Source of the DNA: Eledone cirrhosa
Taxonomy: Eukaryota
Direction of reading: 5' to 3'
DNA length: 64,000 nucleotides
Assembly: GCA_964016885.1 (NCBI GenBank)
Contig: OZ024743.1
Span: 271,684,001 to 271,748,000, forward strand
Position numbers and translations under genes: made by a program. Each line of letters begins with the position of its first letter. Positions within the stretch are counted from its first letter, which is position 1. The notes beneath the pieces were generated by a model that had not been told where the DNA came from, did not search any database, and saw nothing but the letters and a program-made list of their open reading frames with translations. Below are positions 63,340 through 64,000 of this stretch, piece after piece.

Positions 63340-63820
63340 TGTTCATAAGTGCCAGATGTCTCGGACCTGAGTCATCGCCTTTGAGAGGTGCAATTGGGCA
63401 AGGTCAGCTTTTATCACTCAGGTCTTCTTGAGTTTCCTACTCCAAGGCTTCCATCGACTTTTAGTGCTCTGCACCTTTTTATGCAGCTGTCATCCTTCAT
63501 ACACATCACATGTCCATACCAATGCAATCTCCTCTCCTGCACACAGCATTTGATTCCTCTTATGCTTAGTCTCTCTGACAATTCATTTATGCTTTGCCGT
63601 TCACGTATATCACCATTACACATCCATCAGAGCATGCAAGCTTCATTTCTTTCTTATCTATGCAAGTCTTCTGCACACAACGCCCAGGTCTCACTATCAT
63701 GTAACATTGCTGTTTGTATGCACGCATCATACAGTCTGTCTTTCATTTTGAGGGAAAGACTTTCGCAGCTAACAGTGGTAGTTGCTCCCTGAACTTCTTC
63801 CATCCTATTCTTACCCTGGT
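63340..63820 (-). mobile_element. RTE 3' fragment
   Basis: TAMLHDSETW, RRLHWYGHV. Confidence 0.8.
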
Positions 63821-63864
<44 letters not shown>

Positions 63865-63869
63865 ATTGA

Positions 63870-64000
63870 GGTTGGTAATGGCACATGGAATATATAAGAG
63901 ACAAAAACCTCCCCATCCTACTTAAAGATGTAAAAATGAAGTCTATTCTTGAAACACACAAGATCCTTAAAAGTAAAAGACAACCCAAATCACTAAAACG
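63870..64000 (+). mobile_element. Penelope-like fragment, same family type as 39899 ORF (continues off window)
   Basis: KMKSILETHKILKSKRQPKSLK matches RMKKALETHKIIKSKRQPKSLK. Confidence 0.65.

Overview
AT-rich, microsatellite-laden animal genomic DNA. It is probably a coleoid cephalopod such as Octopus, inferred from the SINE/RTE repertoire and not proven. Most ORFs in the supplied track are repeat artefacts. The real host gene is a single minus-strand, multi-exon gene. I could splice it by hand with consistent GT-AG phases across at least 13 exons (57276 down to 1, running off the window). It encodes PAN/apple-like domain, divergent C-type-lectin-like domain, ~495-aa Thr-rich mucin stalk, then a helical + beta region resembling the GAIN region of PKD1-like/REJ polycystins or adhesion GPCRs. 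The introns are packed with mobile DNA: a near-full-length RTE LINE with a PHD-like finger, many RTE/BovB fragments, an R4/Dong-type RLE fragment, a Gypsy integrase + LTR with a doubled tRNA-Trp PBS, Tigger, mariner and piggyBac-type derivatives, and tRNA-SINEs that insert at ATTAT. Most notable are several Penelope-like elements inserted in (TA)n that carry hammerhead ribozyme motifs. Two canonical-core hammerheads lie sense to the host pre-mRNA in the intron just before the mucin exon. Several others show a U3-A8 covariant core. One GIY-YIG-only copy is bracketed by ~490-bp inverted repeats. Other oddities are a minisatellite made of tandem copies of a splice acceptor, and an intronic 11-mer satellite antisense to the mucin exon repeat.
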